This document shows positions 45,253 through 47,718 of a DNA stretch of 47,718 nucleotides, piece by piece; within the stretch, counting starts at the first letter, position 1, and each line of letters begins with the position of its first letter. The position numbers were made by a program, and so were the translations under genes. Below the pieces are notes generated by a model. That model did not search any database. It saw only the letters and a program-made list of their open reading frames with translations, and was not told the origin of the DNA. Origin of the DNA: Oligoflexia bacterium. Its GTDB lineage: Bacteria; Bdellovibrionota; UBA1018. Location of the stretch: assembly GCA_023700925.1 (NCBI GenBank), contig JAMPXZ010000002.1:1-47718 (forward strand), in the 5' to 3' direction.

Positions 45253-45603
45253 CTATTTCAGCAAAACCGCGTCACGCAGCATCTCGCGATGAAAGTTCGG
45301 CCGCCGCTTCACGAGCGAGTCGAACTTCTCTTCCTTGCGATGCTGGAAGTAGAACTCCCCGGGATTCCGGATCTCGCCTTCGATCTGCAGCCCCTCGAAA
45401 TCAAGCTCGGTCTTCTCGGGATAGACCACCTTGGGTTTCCGGTTGTTTCCCGTCCGCTCCGCCGCCTCGGCACCACTGCCGAACGCCAGGCCCGCGGCGA
45501 AGGAAAGCCCCCCGATCGCCGAGAGGATCAGGACGAAAAAGGCGACCTGGTAAATCGAGATCGCCCTTACGGTTGAGTGGTTGTCTTGCCTTGCATGTTC
45601 CAT
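45253..45603 (-). CDS. Small single-TM protein in the GltF/NfsF position
   Basis: 116 aa. TM segment ISIYQVAFFVLILSAIGGLSFAAGLAF. The start overlaps the end of the upstream TPR gene by 37 nt. Assignment is by gene order only. Confidence 0.55.
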   Translation of the reverse strand: MEHARQDNHSTVRAISIYQVAFFVLILSAIGGLSFAAGLAFGSGAEAAERTGNNRKPKVVYPEKTELDFEGLQIEGEIRNPGEFYFQHRKEEKFDSLVKRRPNFHREMLRDAVLLK

Positions 45604-47718
45604 GACGTACAGGCCCTCTTCAGCCTTTCAAAAGCGTTCTTCTCGAATCCGGTCAGCGTGGCCGAATCCCCATCCTCGATCCGGGACAAGCACTGCGCGG
45701 GGCTCGTCGCCGCGAGGCGCGCCGCCTCATGATAAACCGCCGCAAAGCGGGAATCCGGGCTTCCCAGCTCGGAGGCCCTCTGAAACGCGGCCTCCGCGCG
45801 GCGGAGATCCCCGGTTCCCTGAAGCGCGATGGCCATTCCGTCCTGCGCGTCGGCCCCGGCGCCCTTGGCGAGCACCTGCTCCCAAAGCGGCTTGGCCTTG
45901 GGGAACAGCCGATAGTAGTTCAGTAACGAGGCCCGGTTGAACTTCGCCGGCAGGAAGAACTCATCGAGCTTCGAAGCGCCGCGGAAGCGCTCGGAGGCCG
46001 TCGCCGCTACGAGCCAGTCCTCACTCGTCCCTTTGGCGAGGCTCAGCTCCACGACGGCGCGGTTATTGATCGCCGCGGGAGAACGCCGGTTAAGCGCTTC
46101 GGCCCGGTCATAGGCCAGGGAAGAGAGCAAGGGCTTGCCCTGTCCCCAAAGCAGGTTGCCGTAGTCGAGCCACGCCACCGAATCCTGAGGGTTCTTCACG
46201 AGCTTTGCGCGGGTCTTTTCGAGCGCGGCGGAGCTTCCCTCAGGGCCTCCGTCCGCCGGGACCCCGGCCAGACGGTACAGCCCATGAACGCCCTGCGCGC
46301 GACCGACGCCGGCGATCCCTGAATCAGCGAGGCGATCGGCGATCTCGGGAAGCGCCGGGCTCATGGCCTCGGCGGCGATGCACTTGGTGTAAGCTTCCTG
46401 CCAGGTCTGGACGGCCTTCTTGCGAAGCGGGCCGCTCACCCCGGCCAGGGTTTTGCGGAACTGCGCCACCGCGGCCGGAGCCGCGCCCGGAGGAGCGGCG
46501 ATCCGCTCGACTTCCTCGGCAAATCCCATCACCCAGCCGGCCAGGCGATCCAGGGCGGCGATCGCCCACGGACCTCCCGCTTCGACCGCGGAGCCATAAG
46601 CACGGCTGAGCTGCTCGAGGAAGGCCAGTCGCTGATTCATCGCCTTCTTGAGCTGGGCCTCGGGCAGCTCCAGCGGAGCGAACCGGGCTTCCTGCTCCTG
46701 GAACGAAGCCAGCATGTAGCGCGAGTACGCCACCCACGGCGACCTGGCCGCCGCGCCGGCGCTCGCGCCGACTTTCTTGAAGAGCGCTTTGGCTTCAGCC
46801 GCGTTCCGGGCCCGCAGGTGCAGGTCCGCAAGGCGGGCGCCGCACTCCGCGGCGAGCTCCGGCACGCTCATGCAGTCACGGTAGGCTTTGGCCGCCTCGC
46901 TGTCCTGCTGGGAAAGATCCAGCGCGCGGGCAAGCTGCAGGCGGATCGCCGGAACATGCGCCGTCTTGTAAGTCGCCAGATAGCGCCTCCACGCGGCGAT
47001 CGCGCGGGCCTGATCGCCGATGCCTTCGTGAATCCGGGCCGCGGTCTCCAGCGAGTCCGCATCGCCGCCCTCGCCGCCGAGCTTCTCGAACAGCCGCGCG
47101 GCCTTTTCAAAGTGCCCCTGAATCAGCTCCTGAGTCGCCACGAGCCGGAGCGACTCGATGGCCTTGGGACTGCGCGGGTAGCGCTGGAGCCAGGCCGCGG
47201 CGACCCGTTCGCGCCCCTCTTCGTCCGAGGCCTTCAGGTAGTTCGCGAGGGCGCTGGCGTAGGCTTTTTCGGCGAGCTCGCGCTGAGTGGCGTCCTTGGC
47301 GAATGCCTCGTAGCCCTGGGCCGCGGCGCCATGATCCTTGTCCTTCTCGTGCACGGCGATGGAGACGATCTTCAGCCGGAATTCCTGGTCCCCGAGCTGC
47401 GCCTTGAGCTTGCCCTTGCCGAGCTCCTGGTCGGCGGCGAGCAGAGCGGCGTTCTCGCGCAGCTCCTTCATCGCGTCGCGAAGATCGTCGAGCGCGCCCG
47501 AGGAGACCTGAGCGGCGTCCGAAGACGAGGACGGCAGGCGATCCGAAAGCAGCTGCACCCACAGGCGCGCCGCCGTCACCGCCTGGATGGACCTCGGCCA
47601 ACGATCAATGATCTTGCGCGCGCGCTTGATGGCGTCCTTATGCGCTTCCTTGTAACCGGCCAGGATCTCAGCGGCCTTGAGCGCGGCCTCGCGGCCTTCG
47701 GGCGTCTCCCCGAGCGCC
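45567..47718 (-). CDS. Large TPR-repeat protein, 5'-partial (GltD/GltE, AgmU/AglT-like position)
   Basis: The frame is open from the window edge to the stop at 45567, so the track start at 47579 is only an internal GTG. Repeated A-x-x-x-Y/F...A helical-pair motifs run throughout (e.g. AAWRRYLATY, EAAKAYRDC, SLAYDRAEALN, EAAFQRASEL). Confidence 0.8.
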   Translation of the reverse strand, partial: ALGETPEGREAALKAAEILAGYKEAHKDAIKRARKIIDRWPRSIQAVTAARLWVQLLSDRLPSSSSDAAQVSSGALDDLRDAMKELRENAALLAADQELGKGKLKAQLGDQEFRLKIVSIAVHEKDKDHGAAAQGYEAFAKDATQRELAEKAYASALANYLKASDEEGRERVAAAWLQRYPRSPKAIESLRLVATQELIQGHFEKAARLFEKLGGEGGDADSLETAARIHEGIGDQARAIAAWRRYLATYKTAHVPAIRLQLARALDLSQQDSEAAKAYRDCMSVPELAAECGARLADLHLRARNAAEAKALFKKVGASAGAAARSPWVAYSRYMLASFQEQEARFAPLELPEAQLKKAMNQRLAFLEQLSRAYGSAVEAGGPWAIAALDRLAGWVMGFAEEVERIAAPPGAAPAAVAQFRKTLAGVSGPLRKKAVQTWQEAYTKCIAAEAMSPALPEIADRLADSGIAGVGRAQGVHGLYRLAGVPADGGPEGSSAALEKTRAKLVKNPQDSVAWLDYGNLLWGQGKPLLSSLAYDRAEALNRRSPAAINNRAVVELSLAKGTSEDWLVAATASERFRGASKLDEFFLPAKFNRASLLNYYRLFPKAKPLWEQVLAKGAGADAQDGMAIALQGTGDLRRAEAAFQRASELGSPDSRFAAVYHEAARLAATSPAQCLSRIEDGDSATLTGFEKNAFERLKRACTSWNMQGKTTTQP

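Noticed and set aside
43260-45605. 781-aa ORF on the plus strand
   Set aside because: It lies antisense to the FHA/AgmX-PglI-like gene and the small TM gene. The sequence is Arg-rich low complexity with no motifs.
1-47718. Search for CRISPR arrays, rRNA genes, retron/DGR-type reverse transcriptases, toxin-antitoxin pairs or recognisable phage-defence genes
   Set aside because: I saw no regularly spaced direct repeats, no rRNA-like conserved blocks, and no reverse-transcriptase (YxDD), nuclease or ATPase defence signatures in the translations. This was a visual inspection only, so short or degenerate elements could have been missed.

Overview
This is a gene-dense, high-GC bacterial chromosomal window. 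I found no rRNA, tRNA or CRISPR array by eye. All functional calls come from motif recognition in the supplied translations; no database search was possible.

Core genes:
- scoA/scoB CoA-transferase, cysK, and a DEAD/DEAH helicase with a long DUF3516-like C-terminal extension
- two soluble sensor histidine kinases (one PAS, one GAF), htrA, a methionine gamma-lyase and nagA
- the conserved yceD-rpmF-(no plsX)-fabH-fabD-fabG-acpP-fabF cluster, followed by rpiB-glyA
- nrdR-nusB, overlapping, with no rib genes between them
- an RDD-protein/polA pair and trxA

Right end: an ExbB/TolQ plus two ExbD/TolR proton-channel operon sits on the + strand. On the opposite strand lies a series of a large TPR protein, a small membrane protein and an FHA-TM-AgmX/PglI-C-terminal protein. 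That order matches the Agl/Glt (Nfs) gliding-motor gene order of Myxococcus- and Bdellovibrio-type bacteria. Together with the many exported proteases, this suggests a Bdellovibrionota- or Myxococcota-like organism (inference only).

Left end: the first ~7.8 kb looks lower in GC and begins with a frameshifted IS5-family transposase remnant. It encodes only exported or unknown proteins. These include a TPR plus C-terminal OmpR-type winged-helix protein translationally coupled to a secreted trypsin-like protease carrying a 3 x 27-bp repeat, and a secreted ankyrin-repeat protein.

Most interesting unexplained items:
- the regulator/protease pair at the left end
- a four-gene translationally coupled operon of unknown function between nusB and polA
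- a 19-nt quasi-palindrome present in inverted orientation at two convergent gene junctions, where it supplies the stop codon of the minus-strand gene
- a histone-H1-like Lys/Ala/Pro-rich protein with a Cys3His C-terminal domain
- several structured intergenic elements
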